64,000 nt of DNA from Takakia lepidozioides (lineage: Eukaryota; Plantae; Bryophyta): assembly GCA_030704615.1 (NCBI GenBank), contig CM060731.1, positions 7,192,001-7,256,000 of the forward strand, given 5' to 3'. Positions 14,010 through 27,801 of this stretch are shown here, piece after piece (position 1 is the first letter of the stretch; every line of letters starts with the position of its first letter). Both the position numbers and the translations under genes were made by a program. The notes under the pieces are model-generated. The model worked only from the letters and a program-made list of their open reading frames with translations. It had not been told where the DNA came from and did no database searches.

Positions 14010-17000
14010 CCAATTGTGCCTGATTCACCCCTGCCATCCTGCGTGACTCAATATTCTTAGTTCTACACCTTTAATCTCAAATTCACATAAGATATCTTAG
14101 ATACTTAAGATCCTTCCATAATGACAGGCTCCTTAATACATGTTAACTGGGTCACTAAACGACTCCAGTCATCTACTTGGAGAATAATGTACCAATTCTA
14201 ACTTTTTGAGTTGGAACCCTCCAGTCCGTCAAAAAAATACCCGTTGGAATCTCGGCCTAGAGCTCCATGGTGTACATTGACACTATAACCATAATCAGTG
14301 TGCTCGCGATCTTGTAGCATGGGAGCTAGCTCTGCTTTCACCCAAGGAGGGTTTGACCAACTCTCAATCCAAAGGATCTCAGTTGTGCACTTATGACGTA
14401 AGTCTGGTAATCTTCGGCTATTCTGCGAATTTCAGCAGGGCTGCTCCATTTTCCCTTGCCAGCCACAAATTTAACACATGTCTGTGATTGCAGATGCATC
14501 ATGCTTCATAAAGAGCCACTAATGATCTTTTTGGTAGTGGTCTTTGCATTTAGGCCAAGCAATAAATGGAGAATGGCTTTGGGTGGAGTTCATGCCAGAT
14601 CCTTCACGGTGGTGGTAAGGTGAGGCTATCTCTATTATTGCCAGTACCATTTATTTCCTAGGAGAGAAGGTTTACAGATCTTACTTAGCTCTCAGCATGA
14701 AAGTAAAGCTATTCAGTTCATCCCTGTGATTGGAAAGATGCTGGTAGATTTGGTGGCTGTAAGCTGGTCTATGCAAGGCATTGCTTCAAGCTATGTCTGT
14801 TGAGCTGCTTGTACCCTTACATGAAGACAAGTTCCCTGTACCCAGTTCGTGGCTGTGCGTGAGCACTATATCACAGTAAACTCAGATCCAACTACAGAGA
14901 ATCAGTCTCCCAGCCATTCCCTGTGTCAGTCAGTTAAGGAATCTTCTTTAGTGAATGCTAAATTCCATATGCTGGTAGGCACAAACCCAACAACTGCTTT
15001 GTAGGTCTGTAACCAGGGGGTAACGCTATAGGCGTATCTCTTCCTGCTCTCTGCCCTTTCTGCAGACCTCAGGGGATTGCCGAATTTCGCTCTGCATGCC
15101 CCAGAGAGTCCTACGTGAGTCACATCTGGTAGTAACTAGGCAGGACTGAGCTCAAATTGCTTGATCTTTTTGGACATTGCAGCGGGATTTCCGTAGCCTA
15201 TGCCGGCCACAACACTCACTCTGAGAGCAAAATGGGTGGGAATTTCCCCCGAAACAGAGTATCTCATAAGGGCCTCGAGTGCAATCCATGAGCATATTGC
15301 GGGGTAGTTCCATTGTGTCAACAGGCCCTCTGGCATTTTATGAACATAATCTCTCTCTCTCTCTCTTTCTCCATTAATATAGAGAAGAGAATGTATGATA
15401 AATTTCACGAATCTCATGGAATGAGGACAAGGGTATCGATTACAGTCTTGCATAACCACAGTGTGAATGGGCGTAGTTTCTGCTTGGATGGGTCAAGCAC
15501 ATTGCGTAGAAGCCTGGATCGCTGCAACCCATATAGCACAAAGTCCCAGAACTAATGAGCAAAAAGAGGTATATATCTATACCCAACTATTTTCGGTTTC
15601 CCCCGAGGCATCGTAGCCATCACTGGCAACGCTCCCGCGCCCGGAATTGCCAGCTGGATGCCCAATTCACCGTCACAGCCTGGCCCGATATTCTGTTGCA
15701 TCATGCCGCCTTTAGTCACCGCGAGGAGAAGACAGGGCCTTGGCTACTGGCTCTCCCTCCACGGGGTGCCATCTCTGGCTTTGAGGTTGCGCAGATTGAA
15801 TGCGAGACAACAAGACAGGAATCATTGCAGTCCATGTGTTGGAGATATAGTACCCTTACATCATCCTCTTTCCGCAGGAAAACCACTAGTCCCTCCATAA
15901 GACCATGTTGCTGTGAAAACAGCTTCCTTGTCAAACTTGGCTCCCTCAAACTCCTTCCATTTATCTGAGCTGGATTCGTCCTCACAGAACATCTTACATC
16001 CATCATGGGTTGGTCCGATTAAAAGGAGTTAAGGATTGTATGGCATCATATAGAGACTGTGTTGCATTTTTTCTCCAAGGAAACAGCAGCCCCAGCAACA
16101 GGGCCTTGAGGGGGCCAATGACCCCCCTTTTGGGGCCATGAAGCCAAACAGGGGCCCCCAAGGCAGAGAGACAGGGGTTTGCCTTACATTCAAATTTGGA
16201 CCAAGCAAAATGCGAGAGATGTCTAAAGAGAATCTCAAATGTACTGTGGACGAAAAAATAAAACATTTTTAAATAAATAAATAAATAAATATTGTTAGTT
16301 ATTTGTATTATTGAATCATTGATGTAGATCTTATGTGGGTCTTGATACTATGATTGTAAGAACAAAAAAGATCAATTTTATTGTTTTAACATATTTATAA
16401 ATAAGTAAATATACTCATGTTAATTGGATGTTAAGTTAAGTTTCATAACTACTTTACAAGACATTTTAAGAAGTTCAACTTCTTCTTTCTTAATGTCTCT
16501 TCTCAACTTTATGTGTTTGATTTCTTGATCAATAGACTTACCTTCTTATCTAGTACAATATTGCTCTTCTTTATTAATTTTTGGTGTCATGTGAGATCTA
16601 CTCATGAATGTTCCACTTTTGGAGCTTTTAAGTTTCATTGACACGTCGATATATATTTTGGAAACATCAATGGTTGTTGGGAAGAAATCTATCCATCTAC
16701 CTCTCGATGTTGGATATATTTTTTAAACAGTCTTATAATTTTTGTTTGTCTATTGATGATCTCTCAAGTGCGAAAACAACCATACTTCGTTGGGTTGTTA
16801 GGACTAGGACTGCAGTTTTCATTTTTCTTTCATTATAAAGCTTGTTTACTCAAACAACTTCAGAGGAATCTAAATGTTTTCATACCTCTCCATTGATCAC
16901 AAGTTAATCATGGAAAAAACAAAATTTTGATCCTGATTTATTTTACTTAATAATGAAATATAGCATATTCCACTCATACAACTGTTGTATCAATATAATT

Positions 17001-17767
17001 TGTCTTCGCCAAATTTGTCAATGGATAGGATTAAGCAATGCATCCGGCTCAAGTATTGAGTGTCACACATGAGGTCATTCCTTCCTATGCCTCAATTCAT
17101 ATGATGGAGAATGTAATCCATCTTAAAATTGCTATGAGTTATGATTTGTATCTCTTTTGCCTCAAAATCATTGACTCAATCAAAATGCAACTTTATCATC
17201 AATGATGTGACAATTTTTTTCTTTGGAGGGATCTTAGAAAAGGTTTTTTAAAATTCACACCATCTTGATCCCATTTTCTTTCTTTTAATTTAGTGGCTTG
17301 ACTCCTACAATTATTTCATATTTAGCACAAGAGTACCGTTTGTGAGTAGGCGCATGCTTGCCAACAAAGTACCTTATAGCTTGTAGTGTCATAGCTGTAA
17401 ATACTTATACAATTGACAAAGAGATAGGATTAAAACTGTACTGCTAAGGTGGTCAAATAATTTAGTATTAAACATATGTCACTACTAAAAGAAAGAAAAT
17501 TGGGAGCAAACATCACCAATGATGGCTACCTTTTCTTACATTGATTAAATTAATTCTATATTGACATTTTTTGAATGACATACTAAAGAGGTAGGCCACA
17601 ATGACTAAAGAGTGTCTAGTGTAGACACTAAAGCCCACACAAATATGAGTACAACATCGGTGAATATGTGTAAGAAGGCCATTGAGAGGACAAAGTGAAA
17701 AACAAGGAACTAAAACGTTGAAATTAAGATTAATTTAAGTTAATATATAATATAAAAGAGGATAGAG

Positions 17768-18220
17768 ATGGCTCAATGTTGTCGCGGAGATTTGTTGCAA
17801 ATCTCATCAACTCCAACTCCATGCTCGCCCATTAGTAGGCCCACCACACCTGTTAAGTGTGTGAAGATGGCTCCAGAGATGAATAATATGTGTGTCAAAC
17901 ATGAACCTAATAGCAAAGACTTTACTATCTCTTTGAATCCTGCCAACCTAGACTTGTCCTTTGGCCAAGGAGGCAAATCTGGGTCATGCATTATAAAAAA
18001 TGGAGAAGCTAGTCGACCCATGTCCATAGTTATCCAAGCAGGTCCCAAGAAGATCCAAGTTGGCAAAGATCAAGTTGGCTACCAAATTTCTCCTGCTCAA
18101 GGGGGGCTTCAAATATTACTAAATGGCAGTAATTTGCAAAATCGACCAAGGTCCCCTTGTCAAAACAAAGCGTATGCTTGTGGTGGTAATTGCCCATCAT
18201 CTCCTGGAGAGGCTAGGTAA
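17768..18220 (+). CDS. Putative single-exon orphan protein, 150 aa, with Cys/Pro-rich ends
   Basis: ATG-initiated open frame in an otherwise AT-rich region, with a TATA-like run just upstream (17741-17757). No recognisable domain. Confidence 0.35.
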   Translation: MAQCCRGDLLQISSTPTPCSPISRPTTPVKCVKMAPEMNNMCVKHEPNSKDFTISLNPANLDLSFGQGGKSGSCIIKNGEASRPMSIVIQAGPKKIQVGKDQVGYQISPAQGGLQILLNGSNLQNRPRSPCQNKAYACGGNCPSSPGEAR

Positions 18221-18368
18221 GACCACATCACTACACTATGTTTATTAATGTTGCATCAGCTGTTTTTGCCATCTTACTTGTTGTACTTTAGCTGTTGCTA
18301 TAATATTTCAAAGAAATGCTTTATAGTGCTAAATGTAGCTCAAAAACCTTTACCTTGGGCAAGAGATG

Positions 18369-18408
18369 ATATATATGTATATGTGTGTGTGTGTGTATAT
18401 ATATATAC
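18369..18408. repeat. (AT)n/(GT)n compound microsatellite
   Basis: atatatatgtatatgtgtgtgtgtgtgtatatatatatac. Confidence 0.8.
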
Positions 18409-21400
18409 AATTGAAGTGTCTAACTAGCTTGAATGGTAATATCTACAGACGCCAACCAGAAGGCTGTACTTTGAATTCTGACAACAACTCGGTGAAGGTA
18501 TGTTTTAGTTAATGCTTCACACTTTTTGTTTTGTTCTTGTCCGTTTGTTTGTTTGTTTTGTTTTGGAAAAAGGGGAGGAAGCCCTTGTGAGGTTTATTAA
18601 GACACTTTAATGAGTTCATCATTGTTCACTAATTTTAAAGGTGTAAAACATAAACCTTATGTATATATAAAAGACAGTGTACACAAGATAGAGCCTTTGA
18701 TTCTGGGGAGGCTTAGTTCATTTCTTAAGTTTAATTATTTAGTAAATAAAAATAAAAGAAAGGATATAGGCTGGTCCTGGGTGCTACCCATCCACTTGAT
18801 GGCGCCTAAACCTCATGGTCCTAGGTTATGGATTTTTCCATGACACGGGCTATCAATTTGATGTGCAAGGCCTTCATCTCCTATATTTAAAAAAAGAAAA
18901 GAAAAAATTCCTAATAAAGGTTTTTGGGGCTCTGTCCCCATCCCTATGCATAAAGAAGAATATATATATATATACAAGGGACAGTGGCCCTGGGAACTTC
19001 ATTGGTGGAAAATCAGAGGGAAAGATAACTTCTAAGGCCAACAAGCAAGGGAATGATATTAGACCAATCATGGCTACATTGGGTGAGTGTGCAGCTATGT
19101 ATGCCTGGATCTTGGATGAAGTTGAACATCAAAATGGGCAATGGAAATATTGGATCGCGTGTCATGAGCTGTTCAAATCCCAAGGTTCAAACTAGTGCAA
19201 TTGGCTGTCAAGCTGATTGCAGGTAATCTAACACATTTCTACGAGTACATTTTGTTGAGAAAATACGAAAATACCTCGTGAATGTTTTGTATTACTGAAT
19301 TCAAATTATTTTTAAAAATATATTATTAATATTAGATTGAGACCTAGGTTAACCCATAATCTCCCAGTTGTATAACTGTGAGGCTATCTCAGTTATGCAT
19401 CACACTTCCAAAGTTGGCAGGATTCCACGGCAGAAATACAGATATTATAATATTTTTGTGGACCTCAAACTTGAGCTCCTACACAAAGCTCCCACAAAAT
19501 TCTGGTTTGAACAAAAGGTGTTTCTTAATTTCCCCAAGGTTGAGACCTGCAAATTCTAATGTAGTGGTTATCACCCTGCCAAATTGCAAATCTATATGAC
19601 TCTTTGTCCTATTGGTTTCTTTGTATAGGCTTTGTATTGATTTATATATGGGTATGAAAGGTAAAAATGTCCAAGCTTCAAGAAACCCTCCCAAGTGATT
19701 TTCAAAACTTTTTGAAGAACCCTACGGTAGATGTCTGGGTTCCATGTTACTAAATTATGCCCCAAAATGTCTAAAAAATTCTAGAATTAAGAGAATTATT
19801 TGCAAAATGTAGGGACCCAAGTGTTATTATACCATTGTCTTGCACCCACAAGAGGAACATACCATTGCCTTGCACACACAAGAGGAGTTCAGACGAGGCT
19901 AAAGCGGCACTCCCCTGCCAAATGTCCAATCAGCCGTGGATTCCTAGCTCCAAAAGGTGAGTGATTCTAGCCAAGATATTTTAGGGGAGGGTGGATGAGA
20001 TGGCCCTACAATTTTTGTTTAGAAGTCATTCCAATCCGATAGCATCTCCGGGTCTAGGGTCGCTTGGGAGATTAAGGATTAAATTATATAATTCATATTT
20101 TGCCAGTCAATCATGGTTGAGGAACTTGTGAGTGTGAACATATGAGAATATTATATTTGATTGAGCTCAACCAAAATGACAAATATTTTATTTTTATTTT
20201 TATTTTTTTTCCAAGGAAACACCTTGAGGCCCAGGAAAATAAACCCCCTCCGAGGGCCATATTGAAGGCAAACAAGTAGATAGAGACAACTCACAGGGGT
20301 TTGAACCCCAAACCCACACGCCAATGCACATGATGTCTTACCATCGCTATTCTGCCAAACTTTAATATCAATGGACCCGAGTAGCATGTAAAAAAAACCA
20401 CATCCTCCTCCACAAAAAGTTGCAGTACTTAAACATCACAAGGATATATTAAGGACGACTTGCTAATTCAATCCACATAATGTATGTGCTGAAATCAGTC
20501 CTACGAAGAGGAAACTCGACATAAATTATCATTGCAGGCCAACCATTTCTTATCTGATTGCAACAAGGTCTTTATCTCATTCTTGTTCTTTTGTATATTC
20601 AATCCATCCAATATTAAACGATTGCTTATAAGACTTGTACTTCACACGATAAAACAAAAATCTTAGGATTAGATCAGTTGGACATTGTTCAATAAAGAAT
20701 ATGTAACTAAGTAGCGCAGAGACTATTTCAGGCTTTCTTCCACCAGCCTCTTTGAAGTGAACAAATGATGTAAATAGATAATATTCACAAGATGAGTTTG
20801 GGATATGCAGGATGAAACAACTGACAAAGGAAATGAAGAAGAACTTGGAATTTCACTCACATATTCCTCCTTTCATCAAATTTTAGAAATTTGTTTGAGT
20901 GGAAAAAAATAGACCCCTTAGTTACCCAAATGAATTGTAAGAGTCCATGTGGTAGTATGTGTAACATTTTTATAGGTGTCAAAATCACCATTGCCGCGAT
21001 GAATTATATATATTGTGTGTGTTCTATTGATTTATTTGTTATTTCTCTCTCTCTAAGGGTTAGCCCCTTTAAGGATTCGTCAACACTAGCCTATCATTGC
21101 TCTAGGGGTTTAATTTATTCCCATGATAATGCAAATAAAGTTTCAAGACCCCATGTAGATAATAAAATCGTTGTTCATGAAATATTGATCACAGAAGCTT
21201 GTAGTGTCCTCAATTGTTTGATGGAACTAGGTATCAACTTTGAAGAGATGAATTATTTTTAGACTTTATAGAAGTGTTGCTAGTATGTGTATATGCTTGT
21301 ACCATCGATTCATGACTCAAAGTTCATAACGACCGGACCATTAGTTGACATGTTTTTGGTCCCAATTGAGGGAAATGGAGGGTCCCTGAAGAGATTCATG

Positions 21401-23736
21401 AGCTAGAGCCGTGCAAGGAAGATATGTAAGATTCTCTTCTTTTGAGCGAGAGACTAAAGTCTTTTTAAGCCTATATTTCGACCATTGTGGGAAAGTTGGA
21501 TTTCTCGTATAGGCGCTAGGAAAAGCTCCAAAGATCACTACTATAATGAAGGAATGTCATAATTCTTTAGAAAAAAAAAATGTGCCTACAAGGAATTTAG
21601 GATGTGGAGAGAAATAAATTGGATTTTAGGGGAAATTTCATAATTCCTGCTCCATTCACCCTCCTCTTTTGCCAGTGGCCACTCATCTTGCATTATATAA
21701 AAATGACTCAATTCCTTATAACTGACCAAATTTGAACATGTGGCAACCGGCTTCCTATCTACTCATAGAACCAAAACAAATTCATCTCCACAGTGACTAC
21801 ACTGATAACCCATTTAAGCTTGAAAACCATCAACATACGTTTGCTCTGAGATGAAACATCGGTTAAGCATGAGAACCAAATACTTACTGCTTACACAATG
21901 TGTGTACAATGATAGGATGACCACCTATAACAAAAACCACAGTTCAAAGGACAAATAAGCCACAATAAATCCAGCTTCACAAATTTGAGCAAATGTTTGC
22001 CTCCCTGATAGTGTAGCCCCCTACATGCTAATGTAGTGATGCACCATATCATGTTAACCAAGGCATACCTCTTAGTAGCTCTTCATCTCCAAGTCAACCA
22101 AAACTTCACTCTAATGACATAGTTTGTAGTTCAAATGCCTAACCCAAACCGTAAGAAACCCCAAAGTCAAAAATTCGAAGGACACAAAGGACTGACATGA
22201 GATGAGAACTTGCAACTTGGTGTAAGATCAAGATAGAAGGAACATATCTTTCAACATCCCATCTTGTGTAGAATCTGCAAATACCAGATGTATGTTCAAA
22301 GATGCTATTGTGAAGGCCCCATTTTAGCTTCATCTTAGACTCTTTGGCTTGCAGGTATACAACCAATGCCGCCATCTAGGGTCAGCCTATCTCCAACTGA
22401 CAACCAGTCTTGCATCTCATATGCAATATAGTTCCACCAAGTGACATGAATCTCCATGAACTTGTGTTCAATACATTCCACCAGGCAGATGCACGTGTAA
22501 TCATAAAGATACATCCAATTGTTGACAAAAATATGCATACCAATGTCTTTATCAACAAGATCCACCTGCATACTCTTTTTAGAGCCAACTTGATCTTAAT
22601 AATGTAGATGGTAGTCAACAACAAAAAACACCCGATTCTTGCCTTCAATTCAGAGAAAACATAATCCAGGTTTTTGCCTTAAACACTAGGGTTGTATCTC
22701 CAGCATTTGCCCGCACAACAACATCATACACAATATACTTTTGATAAAATATATTAACCGACAATACTTGATTGATTGTACCTTACATTGCAATATCGTT
22801 CCACTCTCCAATAAAAGTATGCACTTACATACCTCTCAACTTGCCGGAACATGGATTCATCCTTTGCATCATGTCTTCTTATAAGAATCCCTTTCAGAGC
22901 AACGTCCAGTTCAATGAATCTGTTATGGCCAATTCTTTGTATGCACCTCTACCTTTGGATTTTTAATGGTCACGGGGACTTGGATTATGCAGCTTATATG
23001 CATGCATGGGGGGATGGACATGGCCATCAACATCCCACCAATAACCCTCTGATACTTGTGTACCAGTATAGACTACTCTACTTCCAAAAAATCTTAACCA
23101 CGATGAGAAAAACACATACAATGTGAAAAATACCATGCCATTTTATTGGCAATTTGATGGCCGTGGATTAAAGCATGAAGAAACAAAATCCTTGCCACCC
23201 TTCTATGACAAGTGACAAATAAAATATGCATTCCTAGCATGAAACTATGAGAATCCGTCACGACATTAGCTACGTCAATAGAAGAATATATATACTAATT
23301 GACCTTTATTTATAAATGTGCATTGGCCTACATTGATTGGATCATATGTCCATCATTTCAGCCTGCTCTGAACTTCAATATTTACTTTTTGTCTATCAAG
23401 CAAATCTCTCAATCAGAGAACTGACCTTCATGATGATGAAGGTGAGAGCATATGAATGGAGGGTTTTTGTTGGAGAAGTCATATATCAAAGCTGTAATAC
23501 TATTCCAAAGAGAAAATATCTTAGGAGCTGCTCAATTGAGTGGTCTGGATTGTAACGTGTAAAAAACACTCGGAACCAGCATGGATACACTGGATGAGCT
23601 AACTTACAATGATTAGAAAAACTAAGGACAATTTGATAAGAGGACAAAACAAGCCTAAACATGTTGAAGAAGAAGGCACCCTCACCACTTTGTGCATGAC
23701 CGTGTGCCATGGAAGCAAGCATTTCTTTAACCCAAG

Positions 23737-25308
23737 GAGGATTCAACCAACTCGCAGTCCAAATGACCTCTTGTACAGACTGCTTATGTCTGTAGTCTGG
23801 TGATCTTGGATTGGTCTGTCAAAACCACCAGGGTGGAGCTGAGCAGCCATAGTTTTAAGCACATCGTCTTAACACCCAGCAGACCCTCCCGGTACCTTGT
23901 AAAGTAAATAGAAAAATCTTGGGAAATGTATTTTCATGGTGCTTATGACGAAAAAAACTATGAAAAACGACAGGAAGAGTCCTTAGCAGAAAAGACAAAC
24001 TCCTTCACATCATGCCTGTAGAAAGCCAAACCTTGCCGTTCCATCATTGTGAAGGACAGTTGATTGGTGGATCAAAAGTGGCACATGTTGAGTCCACTTG
24101 AAGTCCATGGATTTTTTTTTTTGAGTCTGTTGCTTTCAGTTTATTTTTTAAAGATAGATAGTAGTATACATAACATTTTTAGTAAAGAGTCCCTCTTAAA
24201 ATATTGAAAACATTCTTTACTAGATATTTCAATCTTAATTTGAAAAAACATTTAGACATCAAAATCTAGAGTTACAACCACTTGTCCATATACCACCTGG
24301 CGCCTCTAGATTATAGGTTTGTATGCCTTTTTAGTAAAAGACGACACCCCTAACAAACCCAAAAACATAAGATACTAAGGACTAGAGCAAATCAACCTGT
24401 TTTTATCTGCAAAATAGTCTATAGCTCTCAATTCCTAAGATAACTAGTCCATATAAAAGTGGATTTGGGTTGGATTAAAAAATGACACCCCTAGTGTGTT
24501 TTCCTTTGTGCCAGTATATGAGTGTACATGATGTTTTTTCAGTCCATAAGATTTTATGTGTTACATCTGCACTCCACAATAATCAACTTTTAAAAAGTCC
24601 ATGGCTCTCTGGTACATGATTGTTTTTACAATCAACAATGGGTACACAAACCTATTGTAGTTAGAAAACCCTATACCATATAAATTTAGATGAAATATTG
24701 AGTTGTTGGACACAAATATGGGGAAACAAACAATGGAGGGAGGTCACTGCAGAAACTGCCATGTTACACAAAAATATTAGATAACCAATTTTGCAAATAC
24801 CCTGAAGTATCTTTAAAGCACTCTTGCCAGCACTGTTCCATGATCCATGGTCCACCTTTGTTCCAGATACTCCAAGAGCATCAAAACTTTGATAGGTTAT
24901 TGTATGGGGAGCTACTAGTTAGTTCTTGACAACATCCATGCAAGTCACTTTGTGCTCAATCTGAAGTAGCACCATGAGGAAACTACAAGCGTATCCCAAC
25001 TTGCTAAATAAGCTTGTGCATGACACGGTTGCCCCTCTAGTAAGACTCATTGTGAGTCACACTCACTTGCTTCCTCAAGGTTCAAAGGACCTCCAACATC
25101 TGCGCCAGAATCAAAACCACAATATGATAATATCCCGCCATCACCACCATAATGTTCTCGACCTTGTATTAGTTTTTCTTTCGCCCAACGAGGATTGAAC
25201 CAACCCCTCTATCCACATGACCTCTTGTGTACACTGCTTATGTCTGTAGTTTGGAGACTGTGCATTCGCTGTGAGGACCACCAGGGTACAGATGAACAAC
25301 CATAGTTA
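23737..25308. repeat. Diverged direct duplication of about 120 bp (about 23737-23855 and about 25190-25308)
   Basis: Both segments share AGGATT.AACCAAC…ATGACCTCTTGT…CTGCTTATGTCTGTAGT…ACCACCAGGGT…CCATAGTT. Confidence 0.7.
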
Positions 25309-26497
25309 TTCCAAGCCAACTCTCTCCAGTACCTTTCCCACTACAGTGGAGAATCCTTAGGCCTGCTTTCTCGCCCTGCTTGAATAAAGTTTCCTACGAT
25401 AATGATAGTAAGTAAGTTCTGTTTTTTTCAAAAAAACCGAGATTCAAAGTCAACTACCAACAATGGGTACAATCCAGTCCACCAAATATTATCACATCAG
25501 AGTCCTCAAAATCCTTCTATAACGGACTACTTCACCTAACTCAATTTTAACTAATTCCGGACTTGAGATGAGTCCAGAAATAAGAATAAGTGAATAAATA
25601 AATCATATATGAAACCCAAAACATAATTTTTATTCCACTAACAATACGTTAGTGCCATTACAAATTAGTCATATATACTTTGATCAACTTTAGAAATGTT
25701 CGCGGATGTTGGACAAGTGAAAAAACTTTGACTCCAATGCCGATGTTCACGAAGAGAGATAAAAAGAAAGAATAATTACTTCAACCACATCATGTAGAGC
25801 TTAAAGTCCAAAACTGACAAAAAAGTGAAACAAAAATTAAAATCAGGAGAGCTTCATTAATAGTTCAGATCATCCAATAGAAAAATGAAAATCAACTTGG
25901 ACACGGATGAGAATAGATCATTTTTATTTTCGAATGTCATTGAATGCACAATGATATTCACTATATGCGACCTGGACATGTAAGTCGAACTGTGCAGATA
26001 CACACTAAAGAACTTTCGATTTCTACAGCAAATTGTCCATATGCCCTGCCACAGCAATAAATAATATTATGATTGGTAAGAACTAACATCATGGGATGAC
26101 ATATTAAGACTTGAGAAGCCGTCACGAATGATGATTCCCTTCCCAAACGACTTGTATTCAAGGGCTTAGTTCGAAGATACCTCCCCATGCCCCATCCGAT
26201 TCCAACTTGACTTTTTGAACCAGAAGAGAATGATCTATTCTCGGAATGGTCGAATAGATCATCATAATTGATACTGGAACGTGTAGTTGACGAAGTTGAA
26301 GATCTTGAACCAGTCCGATCTTGAACCATTCTAATGAATATTTGCTTTCTCTTTGAGAACCAGAGTCCTCAACTCATACTCGTAAGTCACTGAAAAATAT
26401 CAAAGCCCACAAACCCAATAAAAAACGAACAGCTAATTGAGAAACTAAAATAAAGAACAGTACATACCTAAAAATATTGCATGTTACCATTCAGTAT

Positions 26498-27201
26498 TTA
26501 TTTAACTTTGACATGAACGGCGAAGTACATACCAAGATAATCAGGCTGACTTGTCCACGGATGAAAAATAGAAGGATCCAAATATCGCCCATACCAAGAC
26601 CATAGTGGGTGATTCCGATCTATCGTTGCGCGAGATGCTTTTGCAAAGCTCTCACTCACATACTCAACAACACTGGATACTCCTATCATGTTTGAGATGA
26701 ATTGCCACACTGCATCATTTATATTAGACAACTTATTTTTTGACCCATTAAAAGTAAGAAGGAAATATATCCAGTATTTGCAAGGTTTCTGAGTGATTTT
26801 GATGGTTCATCATCCACAAGAAGGATTTGCCTTTCCCTCGCAAACGTTTTTCCAGGAAAACTAGCAAGAACGGTTTGAATATCCTTAATGAGATATCTCA
26901 TCCCAGGCTCAATATAGCCGGCTGTCGCATTGCAATGCTCATTGGACCAAACAAAACAGAAGAATTTGATCATATCAATGGGCACAAAACATTGTAGCAT
27001 CTTAAGAACAATGTCTCTTTCAGAGCAAGACCAAATGGCGACATGAAAGTTTTCAAAAAGATGCCTTAGGAACTCCACCACTCCAGGCCGAGGAATGACA
27101 AAAGGAGTATCTGGGACCTTAATGGTCACATTTCTCCCTGAAAATCTGTTTTTGAACATCTCTCTTCCAGTCTGTTGGTATGATTGATGAATCTGGGACA
27201 A
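26498..27201 (-). pseudogene. FCP1/NIF-type HAD phosphatase-like gene fragment
   Basis: PRPGVVEFL…F.VAIWS…FVWSNEHC…IKDIQTV…ILLVDDEPSKSLRN matches the NIF/FCP1 pattern. The N-terminal DxD motif is not intact and there is a frameshift near 26730. Confidence 0.7.
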
Positions 27202-27801
27202 AAGATTACAGGTTCAATCCCTGCGCCCTTTGTTTGGTTTGCCTTGTAGGACTAGCTTTATAATTACTCTCATGCAGGTAATTTCGCATTGTTTTGCACT
27301 TTCAAGTATAATAAGAAATAAAAAGTAGATAATATCTAACTAAATAAAATAAAATAAAAAATAGGGTAAAAATTAGCAGTAGGTCCTCCCATCCGTTGGA
27401 TCTCTATGATCCCACGGTTTCCCAGCCTCCAGGAAAAACAAATCCAAAAAATCAAAATCAGCTGCTGAGGGTTCCGTCGAACCTCGACGTACACGCCAAG
27501 GTCTTAACTATTGAGGTTCGACGCACACGTCGAGGTCTTAATTATTGAGCCCGCCACAAAAAATATCCCCAGCCGCCACTGAGGTGCAAATTCAGGTAAA
27601 ATAAAAGGTCGATAATATATGATAATTAAGTGGAAAATAAACAAATAGTACATATAGAATTAAAAAGAAATAACTGGTCCTCCCATCCGTTCGATCCAAC
27701 GGCTCTCTGCTTCCCAAAAATTAAAATTAAAAACAAAATAACAATGCAGATGGTGACGTCGAACTTCGGTGCACACGTCGAGGTCTTTGCAATCAAATGA
27801 T

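Noticed and set aside
14300-16010. Possible LRR/F-box pseudogene on the minus strand (LDLS, GYKQL, SLTDTG fragments)
   Set aside because: Too degenerate to reconstruct a consistent frame by eye.
16099-18992. CAGGGCC…GGCCCTG as possible hAT termini around the orphan ORF
   Set aside because: Only a 7-bp match, with no 8-bp target-site duplication.
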